47,164 bases of DNA from Dendrobates tinctorius (lineage: Eukaryota), in assembly GCF_039654945.1 (NCBI RefSeq), contig NW_027361688.1:930001-977164 (forward strand). The letters run 5' to 3'. The notes beneath the pieces are model-generated. The model worked only from the letters and a program-made list of their open reading frames with translations, was not told the origin of the DNA and made no database searches. Every line of letters begins with the position of its first letter. Position 1 is the first letter of the stretch. The position numbers were made by a program, and so were the translations under genes. Below, piece by piece: positions 1-12,940 of this stretch.

Positions 1-105
1 CCGCGGCCACACCGAATCGGTAAGGTGTTGTGCCGGCGATCTCCTGGAGGGGGGGTGCGTCACTGTCTGGAGCTAGACTGCGCAGGAGGGTCGCGCTTGC
101 ACAGT
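1..105 (-). CDS. Possible internal exon of the ARNTL2 candidate, truncated by the window edge
   Basis: CTTTTATAG acceptor at 106-108, then an open phase-1 frame (DCASATLLRSLAPDSDAPPLQEIAGTTPYRFGVAA); no recognisable domain. Confidence 0.3.
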
Positions 106-119
106 CTATAAAAGGCTTC

Positions 120-1168
120 AGACAGAGTTACGTGGATTCATAACTGGCTTAGTGATCGGACCCAAAGAGTGGTCGTAAATGGCTGCACATCCAGTTGGAA
201 GAATGTCTCAAGTGGGGTACCACAGGGCTCTGTCCTGGGCCCTGTATTGTTCAACATCTTTATCAACGATTTAGATGAAGGAATTGAGGGTAAACTGATT
301 AAATTTGCTGATGACACAAAGCTAGGAGGGATAGCTAATACTATAGAGGAGAGAGGATTCAAAAAGATATAAATAAACTGGAGAAGTGGGCAGGAACTAA
401 CAGAATGGTTTTTAACAGGGAAAAATGCAAAGTACTACATCTGGGCAATAAAAATGAAAAAAGCATATACAGAATGGGAGGAATAGGGCTAAGTGACAGC
501 ACATGTGAAAAAGACTTGGGTATAATAATAGATCACAGACTGAATATGAGTCAACAGTGTGATGCAGCAGCAAAAAAGGCAAATGCAATTCTAGGCTGTA
601 TTAACAGAAGCATACAGTCTAGATCACGTGAAGTCATTATTTCCCTCTACTCCTCTTTGGTCAGACCTCATCTGGAATATTGTGTCCAGTTTTGGGCGCC
701 ACATTTTAAAAAAAGACATTAAACTGGAGCAAGTTCAGAAAAGAGCGACCAGAATGGTGACCGGTCTGCAAACCCTGTCTTATGAGGAAAGGTTGCAGGA
801 TTTGGGAATGTTAAGTTTGCAGAAGAGAAGACTGAGAGGAGACTTAATAGCTGTCTACAAATATCTAAAGGGCTGTCACATTGTAGAAGGATCAACTTTA
901 TTCTCATTTGCACAAGGAAAGACTAGAAGCAATGGGATGAAACTGAATGGGAGGAGACACAGATTAGATATTAGAAAAAACTTTTTGACAGTTAGAGTGA
1001 TCAATGAGTGGAACAAGCTGCCACGAGAAGTGGCGAGTTCTCCTTCAATGGAAGTCTTCAAACAGAGGCTGGACAGACATCTGACTGGGATGATTTAGCG
1101 AATCCTGCTTTGAGCAGGGGGTTGGACCAGATGGCCCAGGAGGTCCCTTCCGATTCTATGATTCTATG
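120..1168 (+). mobile_element. CR1 LINE, 5'-truncated and frameshifted ORF2 (RT) with 3' tail
   Basis: [22 protein letters not shown]...KFADDTKL...RPHLEYCVQFWAP...RRLRGDLI across three frames; ends with (ATTCTATG)2. Confidence 0.95.
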
Positions 1169-2525
1169 AGTGACGCGTAGCCCGTTATATTATAGATTCC
1201 CACAGCCCCTGATGTGTACATGGGATGATGAGTGAACGCAGTAGTTCTCCTTATTAATGCAGTGCATATTTGCCACCATCGGGCAGTCACAGAGGCCTCC
1301 GCACCACTTCTACTTCTCCTCTCAGGACTTATTTGCCCTGGGTCATTGTTGTGATCGGTCCGCAGCGCTCCTGCTCCCATTCCTGGCGGGCAAACATCAG
1401 ACTGACAGTGACGTGATGGGACTGGTTAGTCACAGGCACTCGCGACCGATCGCATTAATATTCCTGTAGAACCGGCAAGTCTCATGTATTTCCTGCTGTA
1501 ACCGTGGAGAATCCGCCCTGCGCCGTCCACGACCTGCGGCAGCACAGCGAGATCCAGGAGGAAACTCACTATATATCCCCAGTCTCTGCCCCCACACACC
1601 TGAAATACTCTGCGCTGCTGAGATACAAGAAAAAAATAAATAAAATAAAAAAGCCACAGCTCTGACCGGACACATGAATACAATTCCAGTATTACAGTCT
1701 AGACTGACACACGAGAAGAAAAAGGCGGCCAGCAGGGGGAGACGTGTGGGAGCTACCGGGTCAAGAAGTGCATCAGCAGCTGCGATTCGGCCCTCAGTCT
1801 CCAGACGCCGGGGGATTTGGAGGGTTTTGATTACGAAGGGAAGGATCTGTACAAAGCCTGAGAGGCTGATAACAGAGAACAAGAGCTGGATCACAGCGAC
1901 GCTCTGCCCTCGAGCCGCCATCTCTGCCTTTTCCTACGATTTCTACCCTGGAGCGAAACGTGTCGCTGGATGCAAACAGTCCGCAGGCAGGGTATCTGCT
2001 GTTGACAGATCTTATCGCGACGGCTGAGCCAATTACTAATTGTGTCAACTCCCGGGATGGTCGGGGGACACGAGCGGAGAGCGGCCGCGCCGGCGGGGAG
2101 GTGCGGGATCTCACTGTGCGCCTTACAAAGATCGACCGGTTCTTTAGAGGCCGTTCATTATGTGTGGATGGCTTTCCTGAAATCCTCTGTGCCGCTGAGG
2201 GATTGATGGGCCAGAAACAGGAACGGCGGCCGCCCGTAACCGCCAACGCCACAGGTGAGGGCTGATGAGCGCAGCGCTCAACCGGTTAATCCAGACTCAC
2301 GATGGGTTAACGATTGCCTAATTATCGCTGGAGGTCACATGACTTCATCTTCACAATTAAGGCGATGCCTGAATCATTTCAAGACGCAGCAAAGAAAAAA
2401 AAAAAAAAAAAAAAAACGAAAAACTTTCTAAACTCGCGCTCGTTGGTTCCATCCAGAGGTGAAAATTCTACATGGAACATTCCGGGAGGAGGCGATGTAG
2501 CAGATCCGGGAACGGCGAGGCGGAG

Positions 2526-3017
2526 CAGTGTCAGAGGATGAGACCCCCCCCCGACACTGTCAGAGGATGAGACCCCCCCCCGACACTGTCAGAGGATGAG
2601 ACCCCCCCCCCGACACTGTCAGAGGATGAGACCCCCCCCCCCGACACTGTCAGAGGATGAGACCCCCCCCCCGACACTGTCAGAGGATGAGACCCCCCCC
2701 CGACACTGTCAGAGGATGAGACCCCCCCCCGACACTGTCAGAGGATGAGACCCCCCCCCGACACTGTCAGAGGATGAGACCCCCCCCCGACACTGTCAGA
2801 GGATGAGACCCCCCCCCCGACAGTGTCAGAGGATGAGACCCCCCCCCGACACTGTCAGAGGATGAGACCCCCCCCCGACACTGTCAGAGGATGAGACCCC
2901 CCCCCGACACTGTCAGAGGATGAGACCCCCCCCCGACACTGTCAGAGGATGAGACCCCCCCCCGACACTGTCAGAGGATGAGACCCCCCCCCCCCCGACA
3001 CTGTCAGAGGATGAGAC
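2526..3017. repeat. Minisatellite, ~30-bp unit GACACTGTCAGAGGATGAGA(C)n
   Basis: About 16 copies differing mainly in poly-C length. Confidence 0.95.
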
Positions 3018-3470
3018 GGGTGACCACACAGCCGACAATAGGGGAGGAAAGAAGGGGGTAGCAGGGGGTTTCTTTTTGCCTTTTTGGTGCGTTATATTAA
3101 TATAAAACTTTCATTATGTCCTTTCTGGACGAATGTAAAATATTATAAAATATACGAATATAAAATAATCTAAAAAATAAATTTAAAAAAGTGTTCTGAC
3201 CAGTTACTCTGATTTTTCCCTCATTTTTTTTCTTAAAAAGGGGGAAAATAAATAATGACCAATTAATTTTCACTTTTTTTTTCCCCCCTCTTGAAAGAAG
3301 AAAAAAAAAAAAAATAAAAAAATAAATATAACGATCGGAACTGAACGGTGAAATTTTGATAAATAAAGAAATAAATAAAATACAGAATGTGAGTCCCGGT
3401 GGGGGCAGAGGCGTCGCTGTCGCCTTCCAGTGGTCTCCTGTGGGGATGCAGCAGAGCTGGGTGTGTGGTG

Positions 3471-3489
3471 CAGACAGCAGGGGGCGCTA
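3471..3489 (+). promoter_or_regulatory. Predicted CTCF site
   Basis: CAGACAGCAGGGGGCGCTA, close to the CTCF core consensus. Confidence 0.55.
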
Positions 3490-3650
3490 CAGGTCACAAA
3501 AGTCACTAGAAATTACGTTCGACCAGTTTTTAGAAGTCGCACAGCCGGAACAGGTGTCATGCGTCTTTCGTGCGGCATTAAATAGAAAGCAGCGTTACAC
3601 ACACAGCGGTATATGAAGGTCGCAGGAGGCCGCGGCCCCGTCACACTCAC

Positions 3651-3687
3651 CCGGCAGCTCCTCCCCGTCCCCCATGGCGGCGGACAT
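3651..3687 (-). CDS. ARNTL2: Probable first coding exon of ARNTL2/BMAL2 (MSAAMGDGEELP+G, phase 1)
   Basis: ATG in a CpG island followed by a strong CCGG|GTGAGT donor. Identity is inferred only from the MED21-STK38L-ARNTL2 co-oriented synteny and the short phase-1 first exon; no bHLH-PAS sequence is in the window. Confidence 0.5.
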
Positions 3688-3689
3688 GA

Positions 3690-3900
3690 TGAGCCCCCAC
3701 AGCAGGCATGGAGCTCCCGTCACCTCCACTCCTGGCCGGAGCCGGCTCCGACTGAAGAGACCGACGGCAGACCACGCCTACTTCCTCTCAAACACACTCC
3801 GCCCACAAAACGATGAAAGCGTCTTATTGGTCGATGAGGAGAACGGTCTAGTATTGTAGTGGGAGGCGGGGCCTGGGTCTCCACGGTAACCGACATGTTT
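3690..3900 (-). promoter_or_regulatory. CpG-island promoter of the downstream gene (likely ARNTL2)
   Basis: CpG-rich; CCAAT (3826-3830), GC boxes (~3798-3805, 3862-3873), X-box-like GTCTCCACGGTAAC (~3877-3890). Confidence 0.55.
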
Positions 3901-4149
3901 AATAATAGTGAGAGCTGTGAAGGGGATGACTGAATGTGCTGCTCTGCCAATCAGATTGCTGCTTTCGTGTTCCAAAGGGCTTTATAAAAATGAGAGCTGG
4001 GCTGTGATTGGTTGTTATGGGGAATTCCTTCATTGCTCTAGTTTAAGGGGTCTGCATACTGGAGGGGTGATTATTAAGGCGGAGTCCTATGTAGTATATA
4101 TAATCAACATCACATAGCGCTATTAATGGAGACCGCTCATAATCGCCGC

Positions 4150-4494
4150 TTAACCCCTTCACCTCCAATGTGTTTCTCTGAAGGCGGTTTCTGCACGGCG
4201 CGTCCGTTTTAGACACCAATCGGTCACTCATAACGCGATTGCTGATGGGTTACCATGGCAACCGGACCACGTCTTATTAATAGGAATAATAATAAACGAA
4301 CGAGCAGGAGAATCGCGTCACTCACGATTAATCGCAACGTCTAGTTTTCCATTTCCACAAGCGTCGGTGGCACCAGAGCATCTAAGGGGTTAACCACCAG
4401 GGATCGGGGGTTATCTCCGATCCCAGACGCTATGGAGCGCCACATACCTACGGACGCTCACCCGAATGACGCAGACTTGGTATGGATGGGGTTA
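4150..4494. mobile_element. Degenerate TTAA-flanked (piggyBac-like) non-autonomous element
   Basis: TTAACCCCTT at the left; GGGGTTAA at ~4386-4393 and ~4487-4494. Confidence 0.45.
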
Positions 4495-4507
4495 AAGGAA
4501 ATACATT

Positions 4508-5146
4508 GTGCACAGCACAGGCCGACATGCTCACCACCCTGACCGCCCAGCTGCATCTTCCGCTCCGGCTCCCGTGTACTATGGTCGGCTCATGCCACGC
4601 AGGTCTCGTGGCAGAACGCGTAGGACGCGCTCTCCCCACTTCTTAAAGCGTCGGCACTTGCACTCCTGATGTATCCCCAACCAATAGCTGGGAGACGCTA
4701 AGTATTTAAGGCACCTTCCCCTGTAGGGAGGTGCCTGAGCAATAACTGTGTTTCATTTGTCTGCAGCCTGCTAAGTCTATTGTCAGGTCGGTGTTTCTGT
4801 TCCTGTCCTGTTACTCTGAACCGTCTAGTCTGTACCAGCACCGTTACCTGTTACCCGTCCTGTCTGTACCTGTACCAGAATCCGGTGATCCATAATCCAC
4901 AATGTCTGAACCAGCATCAGTGTCTGGTCCTGCCATGGACTCTGTGTCCGTACATGTGTCTGTGACCCTTGGAGTCAGCTCCTGCAGTATCGGAGACCTC
5001 CTTGGAGTGATACCTGGCAGCTACCTGCAGCTCAAGCCTAACCTCACCATCAGAGGCTCTAGTGAACAAAAGGTAGCAGCTTAATTACACCGCTCTAGAG
5101 TAAGCACAGCCTGTGGAGCAGTGGGTACACACCCACCAGCGTCACA
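4508..5146 (+). mobile_element. Probable solo LTR of an LTR retrotransposon
   Basis: About 640 bp with TATTTAA box, hairpin GGCACCTTCCCCTGTAGGGAGGTGCC and a ...GCGTCACA terminus; left boundary uncertain. Confidence 0.4.
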
Positions 5147-5149
5147 CAG

Positions 5150-7900
5150 GGCTTTGCCGGGGGGGCCGTTATACTATATGGAGGGCTATGTGGGGGTCTT
5201 TGTACATTATGGTAGGATATGTGGGGACCATTATATTGTTTGAAGGGCTGTATGGGGCCATTATACTGTATGGAGAACTATGTGGGGACATTATACTATA
5301 TGGAGGACTATGTGGGGGTCATTATACTGTATGGAGGACTATGTGGGGCCCATTATACTATATGGAGGACTATGTGGGGGTCATTATACTGTATGGAGGA
5401 CTACGTGGCGCCCATTATACTATATGGAGGGCTACGTGGGGACATTATACTATATGGAGGACTATGTGGGGGCCATTATACAGTATGGAGGACTATGTGG
5501 GGGCCATTATACTATATGGAGGGCTATGTGGGACATTATACTATATGGAGGGCTATGTGGGGACCATTACACTGTATTGAGGACTATGTGTCAGCCATTA
5601 TACTATATGGAGGGCTATGTGGGGGGCAATATACTGTTTGGAGGGCTATGTGGGGGCCATTATACTGTTTGGAGGGCTATGTGGGGGCCATTATACTATA
5701 TAGAGGGCTATGTGGGGGTCATTATACTATATGGAGGGCTATGTGATGGCCATTATACTATATAGAGGGCCATGTGGGGCCATTATACTATATAGAGGGT
5801 TATGTGGGGGCCATTATACTATATGGAGGGCTATGTGGGGCCATTATATTGTTTGGAGGACTATGTGGGGGACATTATACTGTTTGGAGGGCTATGTGGG
5901 GGCCATTATACTATATGGAGGGCTATGTGGGGCCCATTATACTATATGGAGGGCTACGTGGGGACATTATACTATATGGAGGACTATGTGGGGGCCATTA
6001 TACAGTATGGAGGACTATGTGGGGGCCATTATACTATATGGAGGGCTATGTGGGACATTATACTATATGGAGGGCTATGTGGGGACCATTACACTGTATT
6101 GAGGACTATGTGTCAGCCATTATACTATATGGAGGGCTATGTGGGGGGCAATATACTGTTTGGAGGGCTATGTGGGGGACATTATACTGTTTGGAGGGCT
6201 ATGTGGGGGCCATTATACTATATAGAGGGCTATGTGGGGGTCATTATACTATATGGAGGGCTATGTGATGGCCATTATACTATATAGAGGGCCATGTGGG
6301 GCCATTATACTATATGGAGGGTTATGTGGGGGCCATTATACTATATGGAGGGCTATGTGGGGCCATTATATTGTTTGGAGGACTATGTGGGGGACATTAT
6401 ACTGTTTGGAGGGCTATGTGGGGGCCATTATACTATATGGAGGGCTATGTGGGGCCCATTATACTATATGGAGGGCTACGTGGGGACATTATACTATATG
6501 GAGGACTATGTGGGAGCCATTATACAGTATGGAGGACTATGTGGGGGCCATTATACTATATGGAGGGCTATGTGGGACATTATACTATATGGAGGGCTAT
6601 GTGGGGACCATTACACTGTATTGAGGACTATGTGTCAGCCATTATACTATATGGAGGGCTATGTGGGGGGCAATATACTGTTTGGAGGGCTATGTGGGGG
6701 ACATTATACTGTTTGGAGGGCTATGTGGGGGCCTTTATACTATATAGAGGGCTATGTGGGGGTCATTATACTATATGGAGGGCTATGTGATGGCCATTAT
6801 ACTATATAGAGGGCCATGTGGGGCCATTATACTATATGGAGGGTTATGTGGGGGCCATTATACTATATGGAGGGCTATGTGGGGCCATTATATTGTTTGG
6901 AGGACTATGTGGGGGACATTATACTGTTTGGAGGGCTATGTGGGGGCCATTATACTATATGGAGGGCTATGTGGTGGCCATTATACTATATAGAGGGCTA
7001 TGTGGGGCCATTATACTATATGGAGGGCTACGTGGGGGGCAATATACTGTTTGGAGGGCTATGCGGGGGACATTATACTATATGGATGGCTATGTGGGGG
7101 CCATTACACTGTATGGAGGACTATGTGTCAGCCATTATACTATATGGAGGGCTACGTGGGGGGCAATATACTGTTTGGAGGGCTATGCGGGGGACATTAT
7201 ACTATATGGATGGCTATGTGGGGGCCATTACACTGTATGGAGGACTATGTGTCAGCCATTATACTATATGGAGGGCTACGTGGGGGGCAATATACTGTTT
7301 GGAGGGCTATGTGGGGGACATTATACTGTTTGGAGGGCTATGTGGCACCATTATACTATATGGAGGGTTATGTGGGGGCCATTATACTATATGGAGGGCT
7401 ATGTGGGGCCATTATACTGTATGGAGGGCTCTGTGGGGCCATTATACTGTATGGAGGGCTATGTGGGGCCATTATACTGTATGGAGGGCTATGTGGGGCC
7501 ATTATACTATATGGAGGGCTTTGTGGGGGCCATTATACTGTATGGAGGGCTATGTGGGGGCCATTATACTGTATGGAGGGCTATGTGGGGCCATTATACT
7601 GTATGGAGGGCTATGTGGGGCCATTATATTATATGGAGGGTTATGTGGGGGCCATTATACTATATGGAGGGCTATGTGGGGCCATTATATTGTTTGGAGG
7701 ACTATGTGGGGGACATTATACTGTACATAAGCAATTATACAGTCTGAAAGGTTTTCTGGGGTCCATAGTACTCTGTAGGGGGCTGTATGTGGGTCAGTAT
7801 GATGTTTTGAGGGCTGGGTGGGGGCCATTATATTATTTGGAGGGCTAGTTGGGGCCACTATACAGTGTGGATGTTGTATTGGGGCCATCATACAGGGTAG
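5150..7900. repeat. G-rich minisatellite, 30-31-bp unit GGGGCCATTATACTATATGGAGGGCTATGT, with higher-order repeats
   Basis: About 85 units; variant pattern recurs every 522 bp and later every 124 bp; decays beyond 7730. Confidence 0.95.
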
Positions 7901-8574
7901 GGGTATGGAGGCCATTATACTGCATGGCGGGCTGTGTGGGGATCACAGTTGGGGCATTATATTATGTTGGGGTCACCATACCTTGCCGGTGGAGTGTGGA
8001 GGGTCAGGAGGGGGGGTACAGTAGGGTCATCATACCGTGTGTCGGGTGCTGTAGAAGAATTCACTGTGGGGGTATCAAACTGTGTTTCAGGGGGACACTA
8101 AAGTTGGCATCATACTTTATGGGGGGTAATGAAGGGGGCTCCAATAGGGGGGAAATTACTTTGTAATAGCTGCCAAGTTGTGAGACATGCTCCTCTGTGA
8201 CCCCGCCGGATATTATGTTTTCTTTGGGGGTGGGGGGAAGCCCCATGCTTAATCTGCACACCCCTGGCACCGGGTGTAAGGGGGAGGAGCATGATACTGA
8301 GCCATGCCCCGCCCCCTGCTACGAGGTTTTCTCAGGGAAATTCCTCAATGTCCCAATCCGAGAGCTGGAGTCTCCGCCATCATCTCACTCCATTGCTCGT
8401 CTCTGATGATCCGTCACCGTCTGACTCATCCGCATAATTGCGGCTCATGGAAATTATTCCAGGAAGAGAAACGACTGATTACATGATCAACTCTGAGATC
8501 ACCGACCACAAAGCCGATGACATCACAGCGAGACCCAAATTACTGTCACCGCCCCCACCGAAAATACTCTGTGC

Positions 8575-11500
8575 TACAGGATAATGAGCGCAGCTCTGGG
8601 GTAGAATACCGCATGTAACTCAGGATCAGTAATGTAATGTATGTACACAGTGACTGCACCAGCAGAATAGTGAGTGCAGCTCTGGAGTATAATACAGGAG
8701 GTAACTCAGGAACAGTAATGTAATGTATGTACACAGTGACTGCACCAGCAGAATAGTGAGCGCAGCTCTGGAGTATAATACAGGATGTAACTCAGGATCA
8801 GTAATGTAATGTATGTACACAGTGACTGCACCAGCAGAATAGTGAGTGCAGCTCTGGGGTATAATACAGGATGTAACTCAGGATCAGTAATGTAATGTAT
8901 GTACACAGTGACTGCACCAGCAGAATAGTGAGTGCTGCTCTGGAGTATAATACAGGATGTAACTCAGGATCAGTAATGTAATGTATGTACACAGTGACTG
9001 CACCAGCAGAATAGTGAGCGCAGCTCTGGAGTATAATACAGGATGTAACTCAGGATCAGTAATGTAATGTATGTACACAGTGACTGCACCAGCAGAATAG
9101 TGAGTGCAGCTCTGGGGTATAATACAGGATGTAACTCAGGATCAGTAATGTAATGTATGTACACAGTGACTGCACCAGCAGAATAGTGAGTGCCGCTCTG
9201 GAGTATAATACAGGAGGTAACTCAGGATCAGTAATGTAATGTATGTACACAGTGACTGCACCAGCAGAATAGTGAGTGCAGCTCTGGAGTATAATACAGG
9301 AGGTAACTCAGGATCAGTAATGTATGTACACAGTGACTGCACCAGCAGAATAGTGAGTGCAGCTATGGAGTATAATACAGGATGTAACTCAGGATCAGTA
9401 ATGTAATGTATGTACACAGTGACTGCACCAGCAGAATAGTGAGTGCAGCTCTGGAGTATAATACAGGATGTAACTCAGGATCAGTAATGTAATGTATGTA
9501 CACAGTGACTGCACCAGCAGAATAGTGAGTGCCGCTCTGGAGTATAATACAGGAGGTAACTCAGGATCAGTAATGTATGTGCACAGTGACTGCACCAGCA
9601 GAATAGTGAGTGCCGCTCTGGAGTATAATACAGGAGGTAACTCAGGATCAGTAATGTAATGTATGTACACAGTGACTGCACCAGCAGAATAGTGAGTGCA
9701 GCTCTGGGGTATAATACAGGATGTAACTCAGGATCAGTAATGTAATGTGTGTACACAGTGACTGCACCAGCAGAATAGTGAGTGCAGCTCTGGGGTATAA
9801 TACAGGATGTAACTCAGGATCAGTAATGTAATGTATGTACACAGTGACTGCACCAGCAGAATAGTGAGTGCCGCTCTGGAGTATAATACAGGAGGTAACT
9901 CAGGATCAGTAATGTAATGTATGTACACAGTGACTGCACCAGCAGAATAGTGAGTGCAGCTCTGGAGTATAATACAGGAGGTAACTCAGGATCAGTAATG
10001 TATGTACACAGTGACTGCACCAGCAGAATAGTGAGTGCAGCTATGGAGTATAATACAGGATGTAACTCAGGATCAGTAATGTAATGTATGTACACAGTGA
10101 CTGCACCAGCAGAATAATGAGTGCAGCTCTGGGGTATAATACAGGAGGTAACTCGGGATCAGTAATGTATGTACACAGTGACTGCACCAGCAGAATAGTG
10201 AGTGCAGCTCTGGAGTATAATACCGCATATAACTCAGGATCAGTAATGTAATGTATGTACACAGTGACTGCACCAACAGAATAGTGAGTGCAGCTCTGGG
10301 GTATAATACAGGATGTAACTCAGTATCAGTAATGTAATGTATGTGCACAGTATGTGCACAGTGACTGCACCAGCAGAATAGTGAGTGCAGCTCTGGAGTA
10401 TAACACAGGATGTAACCCAGGATCAGTAATGTATGTACACAGTGACTGCACCAGCAGAATAGTGAGTGCAGCTCTGGAGTATAATACAGGATGTAACTCA
10501 GTATCAGTAATGTAATGTATGTACACAGTGACTGCACCAGCAGAATAGTGAGTGCAGCTCTGGGGTATAATACAAGATGTAACCCAGGATCATTACTGTA
10601 ATGTATGTACACAGTGACTGCACCAGCAGAATAGTGAGTGCAGCTCTGGGGTATAATACAGGAAGTAAATCAGGATCAGTAATGTGTGTACACAGTGACT
10701 GCACCAGCAGAATAGTGAGTGCAGCTCTGGAGTATACCGCATATAACTCAGGATCAGTAATGTAATGTATGTACACAGTGACTGCACCAGCAGAATAGTG
10801 AGTGCAGCTCTGGGGTATAATACAGGATGTAACTCAGGATCAGTAATGTAATGTATGTACACAGTGCCTGCACCAGCAGAATAGTGAGTGCAGCTCTGGG
10901 GTATAATACAGGATGTAACTCAGGATCAGTAATGTATGTACACAGTCACTGCACCAGCAGAATAGTGAGTGCAGCTCTGGAGTATAATACAGGATGAACT
11001 CAGGATCAGTAATGTATGTACACAGTGACTGCACCAGCAGAATAGTGAGTGCAGCTCTGGAGTATAATACAGGATGTAACTCAGGATCAGTAATGTATGT
11101 ACACAGTGACTGCACCATCAGAATAGCGAGTGCAGCTCTGGAGTATAATACAGGAGGTAACTCAGGATCAGTAATGTACAGTATGTACACAGTGACTGCA
11201 CCAGCAGAATAGTGAGTGCAGCTCTGGGGTATAATACAGGATGTAACTCAGGATCAGTAATGTATGTACACAGTCACTGCACCAGCAGAATAGTGAGTGC
11301 AGCTCTGGAGTATAATACAGGATGAACTCAGGATCAGTAATGTATGTACACAGTGACTGCACCAGCAGAATAGTGAGTGCAGCTCTGGGGTATAATACAG
11401 GATGTAACTCAGGATCAGTAATGTATGTACACAGTGACTGCACCATCAGAATAGCGAGTGCAGCTCTGGAGTATAATACAGGATGTAACTCAGGATCAGT

Positions 11501-11806
11501 ATTGTATGTGCACAGTGACTGCACCAGCAGAATAGTGAGTGCAGCTGTGGAGTATAATACAGGATGTAACTCAGGATCAGTAATGTATGTACTCAATCAC
11601 TGCATCAGCACAATAGTGAGTGCAGCTCTGGGGTATAATACAGGATGTAACTCAGGATCAGTAATGTATGTACACAGTCACTGCACCAGCAGAATAGTGA
11701 GTGCAGCTATGGGGTATAATGCAGGATGTAACTCAGGATCAGTAATGTAATGTATGTACACAGTGACTGCACCAGCAGAATAGTGAGTGCAGCTCTGGAG
11801 GATAAT
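8575..11806. repeat. 86-bp satellite array 1 (81-bp variants), intergenic
   Basis: Unit TCAGTAATGTAATGTATGTACACAGTGACTGCACCAGCAGAATAGTGAGTGCAGCTCTGGAGTATAATACAGGATGTAACTCAGGA, about 38 copies. Confidence 0.97.
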
Positions 11807-12190
11807 GTAGATGGTTAGTCTGATACTCTGTACATAATTCTCGGTTGCTCCTGATTTTTACTCTTCTGGTGATGGTCTCCACCCTGTGCTGTGGAGGGTC
11901 AGACACCATTTACATATAGATGCCAGGCAGAGATGATGCGTGTCCGGGCGAAGCACAAGGGTAAGGTTTAGGAATATTAATGATGCCATACCCTCTCTGC
12001 AGATCCTGGAGCCAACCACACCCGTACGCTGCAGCAGCGAGGCACGATCTCGTGATTGGCACCATGACATATGTGAGTTATACATGGCAGATGCTGCACA
12101 GGCGGCCCGAGGACATGTGAGCTGGGCCGACGAGTGACAGCACACGAGCCATCACCACACCATGTCTGTCTGCGAAGAGGAGTGCGGCCA

Positions 12191-12209
12191 CCGTGCCCTC
12201 TAGTGGAGG
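12191..12209 (-). promoter_or_regulatory. Predicted CTCF site near the STK38L 3' end
   Basis: CCTCCACTAGAGGGCACGG on the minus strand. Confidence 0.5.
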
Positions 12210-12252
12210 TTAGAGACTTAGAGAAGACGCCGTGCCGTCATCAGAAAACATC

Positions 12253-12277
12253 TTTATTAGTTCTAGTTGGGTTTATT
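12253..12277 (-). terminator. Candidate STK38L polyadenylation signals (two AATAAA), implying a ~1.65 kb 3'UTR
   Basis: tttatt at 12253-12258 and 12272-12277 on + strand; assignment to STK38L is inference. Confidence 0.45.
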
Positions 12278-12554
12278 GCATGAATGCCGTCACTGAAGAG
12301 CTGAGATTGCTTATATGGCCAAAACGCGCAACCACTGCCTCAATGGGTACAGTGCGCTAGAAAGTCTGCAGTCATCAGTGTCCTATCTGCCAAAGCGCAG
12401 GGTACAAAGATGCTGTAGAGTCTCCAGTGGGAGGAAACAATGACCAAGCCCATCTGTGGCCACCACTAGAGGGAGCTCACAGCACAGGAATGTATACAGA
12501 GTCTGAGTTCCATACTATACATAGCACTCTGTATTTCACTCCCTCATACATCAC

Positions 12555-12712
12555 CATCATAATCCGCAGCGCTTTACTGATATCACTGTCACCGTCCGGA
12601 CTCACAGTCAAAGCTCCTCATCAGTATGTTTGTGTGTGCGAGAAAACAGGAGGGAAACCACACAAACACGGGGAGAACATACAAACTCCTGCAGATGTTG
12701 TCCTTGGTGGGT
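12555..12712 (-). mobile_element. V-SINE-like fragment with L2-derived tail
   Basis: Minus strand GAGTTTGTATGTTCTCCCCGTGTTTGTGTGGTTTCC (V-domain core) and GTAAAGCGCTGCGGA tail. Confidence 0.65.
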
Positions 12713-12714
12713 AC

Positions 12715-12940
12715 ATGCAGTGAGCTCCCTCTAGTGGCGACTGTATAAATCTGTATGCAGTGAGCTCCCTCTAGTGGCGACTGTATAAATCTGTATGCAG
12801 TGAGCTCCCTCTAGTGGCGACTGTATAAATCTGTATGCAGTGAGCTCCCTCTAGTGGCGACTGTATAAATCTGTATGCAGTGAGCTCCCTCTAGTGGCGA
12901 CTGTATAAATCTGTATGCAGTGAGCTCCCTCTAGTGGTGG
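12715..12940. repeat. 40-bp tandem repeat with CTCF-like motif in the putative STK38L 3'UTR
   Basis: TGAGCTCCCTCTAGTGGCGACTGTATAAATCTGTATGCAG x5.5; inverted single arm at ~12458-12480. Confidence 0.92.

Noticed and set aside
3770-3790. RORE element in the ARNTL2-candidate promoter
   Set aside because: GAAGTAGGCG lacks the AGGTCA core
5113-7848. Long Gly/Tyr-rich ORFs in all three + frames
   Set aside because: Products of a stop-poor 30-31-bp minisatellite that shifts between frames
8575-11806. CRISPR-like regular array
   Set aside because: Contiguous near-identical units with no unique spacers, no cas genes, and a eukaryotic spliced-gene context. The same holds for every other array.
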